This document shows positions 50,011 through 59,058 of a stretch of 64,000 nucleotides of DNA, piece by piece. Source of the DNA: an uncultured bacterium (lineage in GTDB: Bacteria > Planctomycetota > UBA1135 > GCA-002686595). Each line of letters opens with the position of its first letter. The stretch's first letter is position 1. The translations under genes and the position numbers were made by a program. The notes under the pieces are model-generated. The model saw only the letters and a list, made by a program, of their open reading frames with translations. It was not told where the DNA came from and did no database searches. Location: contig CALSNU010000006.1 of NCBI GenBank assembly GCA_943787795.1, positions 1 to 64,000 of the forward strand, read 5' to 3'.

Positions 50011-50027
50011 GGCAAGCCGCGTGCCAA
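50011..50027 (-). promoter_or_regulatory. Sigma-54 (-24/-12) promoter
   Basis: Minus strand reads TTGGCACGCGGCTTGCC against consensus YTGGCACG-N4-TTGCW; GG-N10-GC spacing is exact; about 60 bp upstream of the ATG at 49951. Confidence 0.7.
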
Positions 50028-50165
50028 TACCCGCGTTCCGACCCGGGAGGCCAGCTTGGGGTTGCGGCGTTACGTCCCAGGGACACCCGGTGACCTGGGC
50101 TCTCGCGTGGACCCCTGACGGGGCGGCTGCGCCGCTCCCACCGAATTGAGCCGCCCTGGGCCGCC

Positions 50166-50603
50166 TCAGCCAGTCACATGGGCGAGCGTCTCGATCACCT
50201 GTTCGACGGTCTCGGCCCAGGCCAAGGCGCCGGCGTCCACCTCCTTGAGCGCGTGGACGTGTTGTGCGCCGTGCAGGGTGACGTAGGGCTTGCCGAGCGC
50301 GGAGAGGGCGCCGGCGTCGAAGGCGGCGTTCCACTGCCTGTACTCGTCGCCGAAGCGCACCACGGCGAGATCGCACTGCCGTATGAGGGTCGAGGTGCGC
50401 ATGGCGTTGACCCCCGCTGACTTGTGGTCCCGCCAGTAGCCCTCGGCGGCGGGAGGGAGGTGATCACCGGCGGCATCGCTGGCGGCGTGGTCGGTGACGG
50501 CCGAGGTGAAACGTACGGGAAGCTCGCGCTCTGCGGCCTGCCGCTTGAGGTCCTCGCGCCACGCGGTGTGCACCTCCCCGGAGAGGTAGATGGTCCAGAT
50601 CAT
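50166..50603 (-). CDS. YtoQ family protein
   Basis: IYLSGEVHTAWRE, VVRFGDEYRQWNAAFDAG, HALKEVD. Confidence 0.85.
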   Translation of the reverse strand: MIWTIYLSGEVHTAWREDLKRQAAERELPVRFTSAVTDHAASDAAGDHLPPAAEGYWRDHKSAGVNAMRTSTLIRQCDLAVVRFGDEYRQWNAAFDAGALSALGKPYVTLHGAQHVHALKEVDAGALAWAETVEQVIETLAHVTG

Positions 50604-50628
50604 GGGGGCGAGTCTAGACCTCATGGCA

Positions 50629-50663
50629 GCAGGCCGCGCCCCCAGATCGAGGGCGCGGCCTGC
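50629..50663 (-). terminator. 13-bp perfect-stem hairpin downstream of the 50753-52189 gene
   Basis: GCAGGCCGCGCCC-(9 nt)-GGGCGCGGCCTGC. Confidence 0.55.
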
Positions 50664-50752
50664 GCAATCTCCGGTGTCCCCGTCGGGGGCCCGTCACCGA
50701 CCCGCTGGGCAGCGATGGGCACCGGGCTCCAGTCTTCACCGAGTGAAGGTGC

Positions 50753-52189
50753 TCACTGGAAGGTGATGGAGAGCCCGTCGGTGAAGTTGGAGGTCGCCAT
50801 GCCGCCGACGGCGTCCCGGTACCAGGCCTGGAAGTTCCAGGTGTCCCCGGGCTGAACCGAGACGAAGCCGGTCGGCTGGGGCGTCTGGGTCAGGTCAAGG
50901 GTCAGGGCGACCTCACCGGCGGTGCCGGAGTTGACGATCTGCCCCGGCCCGACGTAGCGGCCGATCGCGCCGCCCAGACAGAGGTTGCCCTGGCTCCCGC
51001 CGGGGTTGCTCACATTGCCCTGGGTCTGGCTGATGAGGAAGAAGGCGAAGGAGTTGCTCGGCAGGTCTGCCGCCGCGATGGTCAGGGCGTTGGCCGAGGT
51101 CGTCAGGCTGCCCGAGGCGAGCATGGCGCCCGAGGTGCCGGCGGAGTTCACGGCACCGGGGTCGCAGTAGCGCGTGCCCAGGCTGCCCGAGAAGTACGCG
51201 TCCCGGTGGGCCAAGATCTCGGGCAGAGCGAGCTTCCCGTCATAGACGGCGACCCCTCGGATCCGCCCCTGGTCCATGGGGTCCCACGGAGCCCCGGCAG
51301 GGTTGTAGATCTGACCGATGCCCTGCATGCCCTGCAGCACCGGGGCGTACGGGACGCTGCCGAAGCTCAACCCGTCCACGAACAGCTCCGTGACTCCGAG
51401 GGTCGTGTCGGCCACGAACACGAGGTGTACGTCCTCGCCAGGCAGGTTGAAGCCGCTCGTGTAGTAGAGATCGACGACCCCGAACTGGGTGAGGCCGTAC
51501 TGATCGGAGTTCGCGTACTGCTCGAACTTGATGCCCGCGCTGTCGCCGGTGGGGGTGTTCACTGCCCCCATGAGCGCGTTGCTCAGGCCGTCGTTGGAGC
51601 CATAGACCACGAACTCGTAGGTCATCCCGTTGACGCCCGACGGGGTGCCGATGTCATCGTCGATGGGGCCCTGAAGGTCGGAGTTGGTGTAGGCCGCCGT
51701 GGTCCCGGCGTTCACCGCCGAGAGCCACGAGGAGATGGAGCCTGACGGGCCAGGGATGGTCACCTCGGAGGCGTTCAGCAGGCCCGCTCCGGTGGAGCCG
51801 TTCCAGCCGCCAACCCGGATGAAGAGGCTGTCCCCGGCGTTGAGGGGCGTCGATGCCGAGCTCTGGAGCCCGCAGCTGTCGTCGTTGCAGATCAGCGAGT
51901 TCAGCGCCGCGCAGGAGCCGTCGAACAGCTCGATGGCCGTGTCGTAGCTGCTCCCGCACGTATCGAAGACAAAGGTCCCCGCGTTGGCTGCCGTGAACGT
52001 GTACCAGAGGTCGGGCGCTCCTGTGCCGGCGCAGGGCCAGGCGACGCCGCTCTGGGTCGCCGCAGAGGTGTCGTAGGCGACTGAGCCCAGGGAGAGGGGG
52101 CTCGCGGTGGTGCAATCGTCGTTCTGCGCTACGGCAGCGGCGGTCAGCGCCGATGCGACCGCGAGGAGGGTGGGGAGGCGTCGATACAT
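50753..52189 (-). CDS. Secreted protein: Cys-rich PPC-like domain + LamG-like domain + Cys-bracketed C-terminal domain
   Basis: Signal peptide ending AVA-QNDDC; DLWY, DTCGSSYDT, CNDDSC, IRVGGW; HLVFV...LFVDG...GVAVYD; ends FQAWYRD...SNFTDGLSITFQ. Confidence 0.85.
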   Translation of the reverse strand: MYRRLPTLLAVASALTAAAVAQNDDCTTASPLSLGSVAYDTSAATQSGVAWPCAGTGAPDLWYTFTAANAGTFVFDTCGSSYDTAIELFDGSCAALNSLICNDDSCGLQSSASTPLNAGDSLFIRVGGWNGSTGAGLLNASEVTIPGPSGSISSWLSAVNAGTTAAYTNSDLQGPIDDDIGTPSGVNGMTYEFVVYGSNDGLSNALMGAVNTPTGDSAGIKFEQYANSDQYGLTQFGVVDLYYTSGFNLPGEDVHLVFVADTTLGVTELFVDGLSFGSVPYAPVLQGMQGIGQIYNPAGAPWDPMDQGRIRGVAVYDGKLALPEILAHRDAYFSGSLGTRYCDPGAVNSAGTSGAMLASGSLTTSANALTIAAADLPSNSFAFFLISQTQGNVSNPGGSQGNLCLGGAIGRYVGPGQIVNSGTAGEVALTLDLTQTPQPTGFVSVQPGDTWNFQAWYRDAVGGMATSNFTDGLSITFQ

Positions 52190-52566
52190 GGCAACTCAGG
52201 GGAAGGGAGAAGGAGAGGGCCGGGGGTGGAGCCGGTTCACGCTCCACGATAGTCCAGTTCTCGATTCTTGCACGGGGTCAGTCCTCGCCATGCAATCAGG
52301 GCGATTCCACGGGTGCCCAGGGCGATTCCTGCGGTGGCCAGGATGCGCCCTGAGGACGGGTCCCTGTCGCTCGGCTCTCGCGCGGAGCCTCGCGACGGTG
52401 CGGATCGTCGGGCTGGGCGCGATGGAGGGCTTCGCTACTGCACACGCGGCCGGGCCAGGGCGCGTCGTTGGACGGGGCTGCGCACAAGGGACCACGGACT
52501 GACTCGGCTCGGCTTGTTAGGCTCGTCGACTCGCGGTGACGCCCTCCTCCCCTCCACAAACTGATC

Positions 52567-53799
52567 ATGATCCACCCCCTTCTCTTCGCACTGCATGGCC
52601 TCTCGATGGCGGCCCCGCCGACCCTCCTCGAATCGAGCGTCGAGGCTGCGATTCCCGCTGCGGGCGAGTGGTTCGACCTCTTCGACGGCTCGACCCTCGA
52701 GGGCTGGACGCAGAAGAATGGAACCGCGAGCTACGAGGTGGTCGACGGCGCGATCATCGGAACGACGAGTGCGAGGAGCCCGAACTCCTTTCTCTGCAGC
52801 GACCGCTTCTACGGGGATTACGAGCTCGAGTTCGACGTCAAGCTCTTCGATGACCAGCTCAATAGCGGCGTCCAGATCCGCAGTCACTCAAACCCCGCGT
52901 ACAAGGGCGGGCGGGTGCATGGGTACCAGGTGGAGGTCGCCACGAACGGCCACGCGGGCTTCATCTATGACGAGGCCGGTCGCGGATGGCTGAGCAAGGA
53001 TCGGGATCAGCCGGCGCGGCGCGCTGCCTTCAAGAAGGGGGAGTGGAACCGGTACCGCGTCATCTGTTTCGGGCAGTCGATCCGTACCTGGGTCAATGGC
53101 GTCCCCGTCGCCCACGTCACCGATGCGGTCTCACCGGCGGGCTTCATCGGGCTCCAGGTCCACTCGGTGGGTGGCGATCCGAAGTGGCGCGTGGGCTGGA
53201 AGAACCTCCGCCTCCGTGAGCTCGGCGACGGCGGCGGCTTCGCCTCGCTCTTCAACGGGCGCGATCTGTCTGGATGGAAGGTCGCGGAACGTCCCGAGAG
53301 CGTCCGTGTGGAGAACGGTGCGATGATCGTCAACGGCGACCGTGCCCACGTCTTCTACGACGGGCCCGTCTACCACCACTCCTTCAAGAACTTCGAGCTG
53401 CGCGCCCTCGTGCGCTCGAAGCCCGGGTCCAACAGCGGGATCTACTTCCACACGCTCTTCCAGGAGGCCGGCTGGCCCTCGAAGGGCTATGAGGTGCAGG
53501 TGAACAACACCCAGGGAGACTGGCGCCGCACTGGCGGGCTCTACGGCATCGACGACCTCCGCGAGCCGCCCGCCAAGGATGACGAGTGGTTCCCGATGCA
53601 CATCAAAGTGGTGGGCCAGCGCGTACAGATCACGGTCAACGGGCGCGGGGTGATTGACTACACCGAGCCGGAAGACGTCGAGCGCCCCGACTCCTTCGCG
53701 GGGCGGCTCGTGGATCGGGGCACCTTCGCGCTCCAGGCCCACGACCCTGGTTCCGAGGTCTGGTACAAGGCCATCGAGGTCCGGCCGCTGCCGGAGTGA
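52567..53799 (+). CDS. Tandem DUF1080 (3-keto-disaccharide hydrolase family) protein
   Basis: Two copies of LF[DN]G..L.GW, NSG[VI], GY[QE]V and LQ.H motifs. Confidence 0.9.
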   Translation: MIHPLLFALHGLSMAAPPTLLESSVEAAIPAAGEWFDLFDGSTLEGWTQKNGTASYEVVDGAIIGTTSARSPNSFLCSDRFYGDYELEFDVKLFDDQLNSGVQIRSHSNPAYKGGRVHGYQVEVATNGHAGFIYDEAGRGWLSKDRDQPARRAAFKKGEWNRYRVICFGQSIRTWVNGVPVAHVTDAVSPAGFIGLQVHSVGGDPKWRVGWKNLRLRELGDGGGFASLFNGRDLSGWKVAERPESVRVENGAMIVNGDRAHVFYDGPVYHHSFKNFELRALVRSKPGSNSGIYFHTLFQEAGWPSKGYEVQVNNTQGDWRRTGGLYGIDDLREPPAKDDEWFPMHIKVVGQRVQITVNGRGVIDYTEPEDVERPDSFAGRLVDRGTFALQAHDPGSEVWYKAIEVRPLPE

Positions 53800-53810
53800 C
53801 CGGCGGCCCG

Positions 53811-54959
53811 CTAGGGGTTCGAGGGAGCGGCGAGCTCCGAGAGGCGCAGGTCGACCTGATTTCGGATGGTCCCGGTGAGATCCATGGTCATCAGCCGGAC
53901 GGCGGGATCGGCATCGCCCCAGTCCACCTCGATCCACCCCACGTTGTGTTCAGCGACCGCCGGGCCGACCCGGCGGGAGCTGGGCTCGATCGTGTCCCAG
54001 TCCTGGTTGATCCCGCTCGCCGTCACGTCGTGCAGCGGATAGAGGCCGGCGGCCTGCTGCCGGTTGATCTCACCCCAGTGGACGTCGCCTGAGATGAACA
54101 TCACGCCGCTGGCGGCGGTGTCGCGGATGAGCTGCACCATGCGTCGGCGCTCGGCGGGGATCAGGGTCCAGCTCTCCCAGCCGTTGTAGCTGTGGGCGAA
54201 CTGGATGCTGGTAGCGATGATCCGAAGGTCGGCCGGCTCCCTGAGGCGCGCCTCCAGCCAGCGCCACTGAGCATCTCCCAGGAGGTCGGCGTCGCGGTCG
54301 GGGTTGGGGCGGTACTGGTTCTTGAAGGGCGGGTCCGGGACCTCTCCGTTGGTGATCAGCGGGTCTCGGAAGCTGCGCGTGTCGAGGAGAATGACCTGCA
54401 GCGTCCGACCCCCGTCTTGGAAGCGCTCCGCGTGGTAGATCCCGGGGTGCGCCCGCCGGCTCGATTCGACCGGCTCGCGCCAGAAGTCCAGGAAGATCTC
54501 TCTGGATGCCTCCCGGCCTGAATACTCCGATCCGGAGTCGTTGGCGCCGTAGTCGTGATCGTCCCAGATCGCCAGGGTCGTGCAGTGCTCCCGCAGGGCC
54601 TGAAACTCGGGCCGGGCTGCGAGAGTGCGGTACTTGCCCTCGAGGACGTCCATGTCCTCGGTGTCGCCGTAGATGTTGTCGCCCAGGTAGATGAACAGTT
54701 CGGGGTCCCTGGCGACCACCTCCTGCAGGATGGGCTGGGGCCGCTCCTGATCGGCGCACGATCCGAAGGCGATGCGCGCGGGGAGTCGACTCCCATCGAT
54801 GTTCTGCGGTTCATAGCCGAACCGATCGGTTCCCGTGCTGGAGCAGGCCGCGAGGGCGATGGCGAGGCCGACTGCGAAGCCGGTGGCGAGGCCGGAGAGC
54901 CGGCTGGAGCGGAGCATCATCTGTGGTGGTTCGGGTAAGGGGCTCTTGGCGGTGGTCAT
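53811..54959 (-). CDS. PhoD-family alkaline phosphatase, lipoprotein (start may be 54920)
   Basis: AFGSC, LGDNIYGD, WDDHDY, LDTRSFR, ISGDVH; lipobox LAAC. Confidence 0.9.
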   Translation of the reverse strand: MTTAKSPLPEPPQMMLRSSRLSGLATGFAVGLAIALAACSSTGTDRFGYEPQNIDGSRLPARIAFGSCADQERPQPILQEVVARDPELFIYLGDNIYGDTEDMDVLEGKYRTLAARPEFQALREHCTTLAIWDDHDYGANDSGSEYSGREASREIFLDFWREPVESSRRAHPGIYHAERFQDGGRTLQVILLDTRSFRDPLITNGEVPDPPFKNQYRPNPDRDADLLGDAQWRWLEARLREPADLRIIATSIQFAHSYNGWESWTLIPAERRRMVQLIRDTAASGVMFISGDVHWGEINRQQAAGLYPLHDVTASGINQDWDTIEPSSRRVGPAVAEHNVGWIEVDWGDADPAVRLMTMDLTGTIRNQVDLRLSELAAPSNP

Positions 54960-54994
54960 CTGACGTCGGACTCCGTGCGGGCGGCCCTCGCCGC

Positions 54995-56236
54995 TCAGCG
55001 GTGGGCCAGTGCGAGGTATTGGGCCGCGGCCGCGCTCCACCGGAAGTGCTCGGCGACGTGTGCGCGGAGCGCGCGGCCAAGGGACTCACGGGGCTCGGTT
55101 GCGGCCATGAGCTCGAGCACTCGGGCCGCCAGCGCCTCGGGGTCCTCGGCGGGGACGAGGGCGCCGTTGACACCGTCCTCGATGAGCTCCCCGACGCCGC
55201 AGATGTCCGTGGCCACCACCGGCTTCGCGAGGGCGCCCGCCTCAAGGAGCACGATCGCAAAGGACTCCACCCTGGAGGCCAGGACAAACGCCTCGCAGGC
55301 GTCCATGAGGGCGAGCGTCTGCGGGTGAGGGAGGTTCTCGATCATCCGAACTCGCTCCGCGAGGCCAAGCTCGTCCACCAGCGCCCGGGTGCTGGCGGAG
55401 GTCTCCCCTGCTCGACCGATCATGACCAGGTCGAGCGTGTCCTCCTGTTCGGCGATCAGCTGGAAGGCGCGGAGGAGGACGTCATGGGCCTTCTTGTGCT
55501 CGAAGGTCCCGACGCTGCAGAGATAGGGTCGGGGCCGAGGCGCTGGCGGCGGCGTTTGCGGCGGCGTTTGCGGCGGCGACACGGCGAGCGCCGCGGTGAT
55601 CCGCTCCACATCGATGCCGTTGTGAATCGTGGTCACCGTGCCCACCGGGAGCTGATACTCGCGCGTGACCTCGTCTCGCAGTCCGTCAGAGCAAGCGATG
55701 ACGTGATCTGCCTTGCGGAGCATCCGGCTCCAGAGCCAACGCGTCGGCCCCGAGCGGCCGAAGGTCGAGCGGATCTCGAGGCCGTGGAGGGAGATGACGA
55801 TGGTGTACGCCGGCCCGCCGAAGGAGCGGGCGAGGAACCAGGTCAGCAGGTCCAGGGAAGGGAAGTGGGCGTTGACCACCCGGACGCGCTCCTGGCGCGT
55901 GAAGGCCCTGATCGCGCGCAGGTGTCCAGGGAGCACGGCGAGGTAGCGGAGCGCGCCCGCCAGGCTGAGGCCGGACCGACGCATCGGCGACCGTACGCGC
56001 AGGAAGGCGCGGTCGAGGCCGTCGGCTCGCTCCCGCCGTGGCGCGACGTCGGCCCAGGAATTCACCGCCAGGAGCGGCCGCATGGGGCCGGAGGCGGCCA
56101 TCTGCTCCATCAACGCCCGCACCACCTGGCTGACGCCGCCGATGGCCCCGAGATCCCAAGCGAGCGTGAAGAGGAACGTGTCCCGCTCGTCGCCCTGGGC
56201 CGCGGGCTCCCCCGGACTCCCTCGGGGAGAGTCCAT
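54995..56236 (-). CDS. Glycosyltransferase family 4
   Basis: GGVSQV, IHNGID, KAHDVLL, ESFAIVLLEA, GALVP. Confidence 0.9.
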   Translation of the reverse strand: MDSPRGSPGEPAAQGDERDTFLFTLAWDLGAIGGVSQVVRALMEQMAASGPMRPLLAVNSWADVAPRRERADGLDRAFLRVRSPMRRSGLSLAGALRYLAVLPGHLRAIRAFTRQERVRVVNAHFPSLDLLTWFLARSFGGPAYTIVISLHGLEIRSTFGRSGPTRWLWSRMLRKADHVIACSDGLRDEVTREYQLPVGTVTTIHNGIDVERITAALAVSPPQTPPQTPPPAPRPRPYLCSVGTFEHKKAHDVLLRAFQLIAEQEDTLDLVMIGRAGETSASTRALVDELGLAERVRMIENLPHPQTLALMDACEAFVLASRVESFAIVLLEAGALAKPVVATDICGVGELIEDGVNGALVPAEDPEALAARVLELMAATEPRESLGRALRAHVAEHFRWSAAAAQYLALAHR

Positions 56237-56561
56237 GGGACGGTCGGTGGGATCCGAGGGGGTGGAGAAGGCCCGATTCAAGGTGGTGTCTCGCTGAGCA
56301 GTCCGGAGCGTGAGGGATCCAGACCAGCGCCGGGAAGAGCTTACGCGACCGGGATACCTGCCGTACCGCCGACGCGCCTTGATGGCGTGGATCGAGGAGG
56401 TCCCAAGCTGGTCCATGGGCCCGGACCCATCGGCCGAGGTGCAGAGGGCAGTGCACAGGCCGGTTTCATCAGTCGGGTCCATCTGGCCGGCTCACCGAAT
56501 CGGCACCAGCGGCGCGCGCGAGGGGGGGCGGAGGCTCGAGCGGCGGCCTCGCCCGTCGCCG

Positions 56562-58808
56562 TCAGTCGTTACCCGAGGCGTAGCCGAGCTCGGCGAGCTG
56601 CGCGCGGAGCTCGGGGGAGGAGCTCGCTCCGCTCCCTTGCCAGCGGCGGGGGTGGGCCTGCCTCAGGGCCTTTAGCGCCTCGGCGGTCCCTTCAAGGGTC
56701 CACTCGAGGCTCGAGACCCCGGCCTGTTCACCGGGGTCCGACTCGAGGCGGAACATGGTCGTGCTCGGGTTGGTGTCCTCGGGCCGGAGGTCCTCGGGGT
56801 ACCACAGGAGCTTCACGCCGCGGCGCTCGAGCGCGTAGGTCATCTCCTGCGACCCGGACGGCCGATAGAGGACCCAGCGACTGGGGTCTTCGTCGCTGCC
56901 TCCGCGCGGCTCGAGGAGGGAGCGTCCGGACCACCCAGGCGGGACCGGCGCGTCCGCGACCTGGGCGATCGTGGGCGCGATGTCCACGGCCATGGCGGGC
57001 ACGTCGCCGCTGAGTGAAGCGAAGGCGCCGGGGCTCGGCGGGAGGAGGATCAGCGGGACCCTGAGCTGTTCCTCGTACAGGCTGTTGCTGTGGTTGAACT
57101 GGCCGTGCTCGGCGAACTCTTCACCGTGGTCGGCGGTGATGATCACGAGCGTGTTCTCGAGGGCGCCGGACCTGCGGAGGCGGTCCATGAAGTCGCCGAA
57201 GGCGTCGTCGAGCTCGCGGATCTCCGCGTCGTAGAGGTCGCTGAGGTAGCGGGCGTCTTCCGCCGAGTAGTCGTGGGGCTTGTGGGCCGGCGGCACGTCG
57301 CCCACCCGGGCATCCTTGGGGAGTGGTCCGTCGTAGGGGCGCACCAGGAGCTCCCGCGCGGGCCCTTCGGGGTCGTAGGGCGTGTGGACCTTGTAGGTGT
57401 GGACGAAGGCGAAGAACGGCCGTTCACGCGCTTCAATCCAGTCGGCGGCGCCGTCGAAGGTCTGGTCCACCTCGGCGAGGGCGCAACGGAATCGCTGGAA
57501 GCCCTGGGCGAGACCCAGCTCCGGACGGACGTAGCCGGCCTCGGTGAAGGCCGCGGTGTCATAGCCAGCGTTGAACAGGACCTCGGCGATGGTCTCGGCC
57601 TCTTCGGGGAGGCGGACCGACGCGTCGAAGACGCCGTGTTCCACCGCGTGCAGGGAGGAGAAGAGGGACGCGTGGGAGGGGAGCGTCCACGGGGCGGCGC
57701 TCCAGGCCCGCTCGAAGAGCACACCCTCGCGTGCGATGGCGTCGATGCGGGGCGAGGTGGCACGCTCGTAGCCGTAGCACCCGAGGCGGTCGGCCCGCAG
57801 GGTGTCGAGGACCACGAGGAGCACGTTGGGCCTTGGGCGCTTCGTCGGCCTCGCGGCGAGGGCCGGGTCGAGCCAGTACGCCCTCCCCGCGCCGGACGAC
57901 CCCGTCTCGGTGGCGCGGACCTCGAACGTGAGCCTCGCTCCGTTGGCGTGGTCCGGGAGCATGGGGATGCGCGCCTCGTGCACGGCGTCCGCCTGTTCGG
58001 CGGTGAGGGTCGTCTCCCAGAGGGTCTGCCTGGGACGTCCCTCAGCGCTCCAGGCGATGGCGAAGTGCAGGGCTGCGTTGGATTGCTCGTTCACCTCGAG
58101 CATCGGGACGCCCGCTGGCTGGGCCACGGTGCGGAGGCTCCAGCGATCACGGGCGAAGCCGAACTCGAGGGGCCGTCGGGCATCGGCGGGCTCCAGGTCC
58201 CATGAGAGCGCACTCCCTGCCATGGTCCGGACGGCGCGGCGCGCCTCACCGTCGAAGGTCTCGTGGCGGCTCGGGTGGCGGTCTCCGGGGAGGGTGGCGA
58301 TGACGCCGAGCCGCTCGCTGAGGGCAGACGCGCTCGTGGGATAGCATGGACGAAATGCCGGGGGCTTGGCCTGGCGTGACGGGGTCGCCAGGTGCACCCC
58401 GGTGGGGTCCACGAGGACCTCGCCGGGCGCGACGGCGCCGGGCTTCATCGGGGCCTCCAGCTCGAGGCCCTCCTGGCGGGCGCCGGGCCCGGTCAGGTCC
58501 GCGATGCGCGCCAGGAACCCTGGGCCGGAGACGGGCATCGTGGGGACGCCGCGCCATCGTTGCGGGGTCTCATCCGGCGGGGTGGTGGGGAAGACGTTCC
58601 AGGGCTGAAAGAGCTTGTCGAGGAACCACACCTCGTCGGACGCCTCCAGCGCGGAGAGCACCGGGTCAGTGCTCGGGTCCGGGAGGGCCACGTCGGCGAT
58701 GGGGCGGTCCATCAGGCCCCTGGGTCCCTCGCGCCGCGGCGACGCGGGCTCCCCGGCGCACCCGATGACGGCGGCGAGAACGAGGCAGAGTAGGAGGGCG
58801 CGGATCAT
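56562..58808 (-). CDS. Sulfatase-like lipoprotein (DTLRAD / WTLPSH type)
   Basis: Lipobox VIGC; PNVLLVVLDTLRAD, WTLPSHAS, VHTPY, TADHGE, C-terminal LAELGY. Confidence 0.9.
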   Translation of the reverse strand: MIRALLLCLVLAAVIGCAGEPASPRREGPRGLMDRPIADVALPDPSTDPVLSALEASDEVWFLDKLFQPWNVFPTTPPDETPQRWRGVPTMPVSGPGFLARIADLTGPGARQEGLELEAPMKPGAVAPGEVLVDPTGVHLATPSRQAKPPAFRPCYPTSASALSERLGVIATLPGDRHPSRHETFDGEARRAVRTMAGSALSWDLEPADARRPLEFGFARDRWSLRTVAQPAGVPMLEVNEQSNAALHFAIAWSAEGRPRQTLWETTLTAEQADAVHEARIPMLPDHANGARLTFEVRATETGSSGAGRAYWLDPALAARPTKRPRPNVLLVVLDTLRADRLGCYGYERATSPRIDAIAREGVLFERAWSAAPWTLPSHASLFSSLHAVEHGVFDASVRLPEEAETIAEVLFNAGYDTAAFTEAGYVRPELGLAQGFQRFRCALAEVDQTFDGAADWIEARERPFFAFVHTYKVHTPYDPEGPARELLVRPYDGPLPKDARVGDVPPAHKPHDYSAEDARYLSDLYDAEIRELDDAFGDFMDRLRRSGALENTLVIITADHGEEFAEHGQFNHSNSLYEEQLRVPLILLPPSPGAFASLSGDVPAMAVDIAPTIAQVADAPVPPGWSGRSLLEPRGGSDEDPSRWVLYRPSGSQEMTYALERRGVKLLWYPEDLRPEDTNPSTTMFRLESDPGEQAGVSSLEWTLEGTAEALKALRQAHPRRWQGSGASSSPELRAQLAELGYASGND

Positions 58809-59058
58809 TGACGTGGAGCTTGCTGGGGCGTCCGCCCCGGATCTCGTTGACCGGGACGCGTGGGCCGGACCTCGGTGGCCGCAGCCTGAGGGCTCGATCC
58901 CGCTGGATGGTAGCGACTGGGGACCCCTGTCCCACGGAGCCGTGCGACGTTCCGTGCTCCCAGGTGCGTCCCGTTTCTCTTGTCGTCCGGCCGAAGGCGC
59001 TTACACTCCGGATTCGAAGTCCAATCTCCACCACGCGCCCCTCCACGGGCCCCATTCG

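Noticed and set aside
56237..56561. Small gene or ncRNA in the 325-bp gap (ORF 56310-56675)
   Set aside because: No recognisable motif or structure, and the ORF overlaps the 3' end of the sulfatase on the opposite strand.
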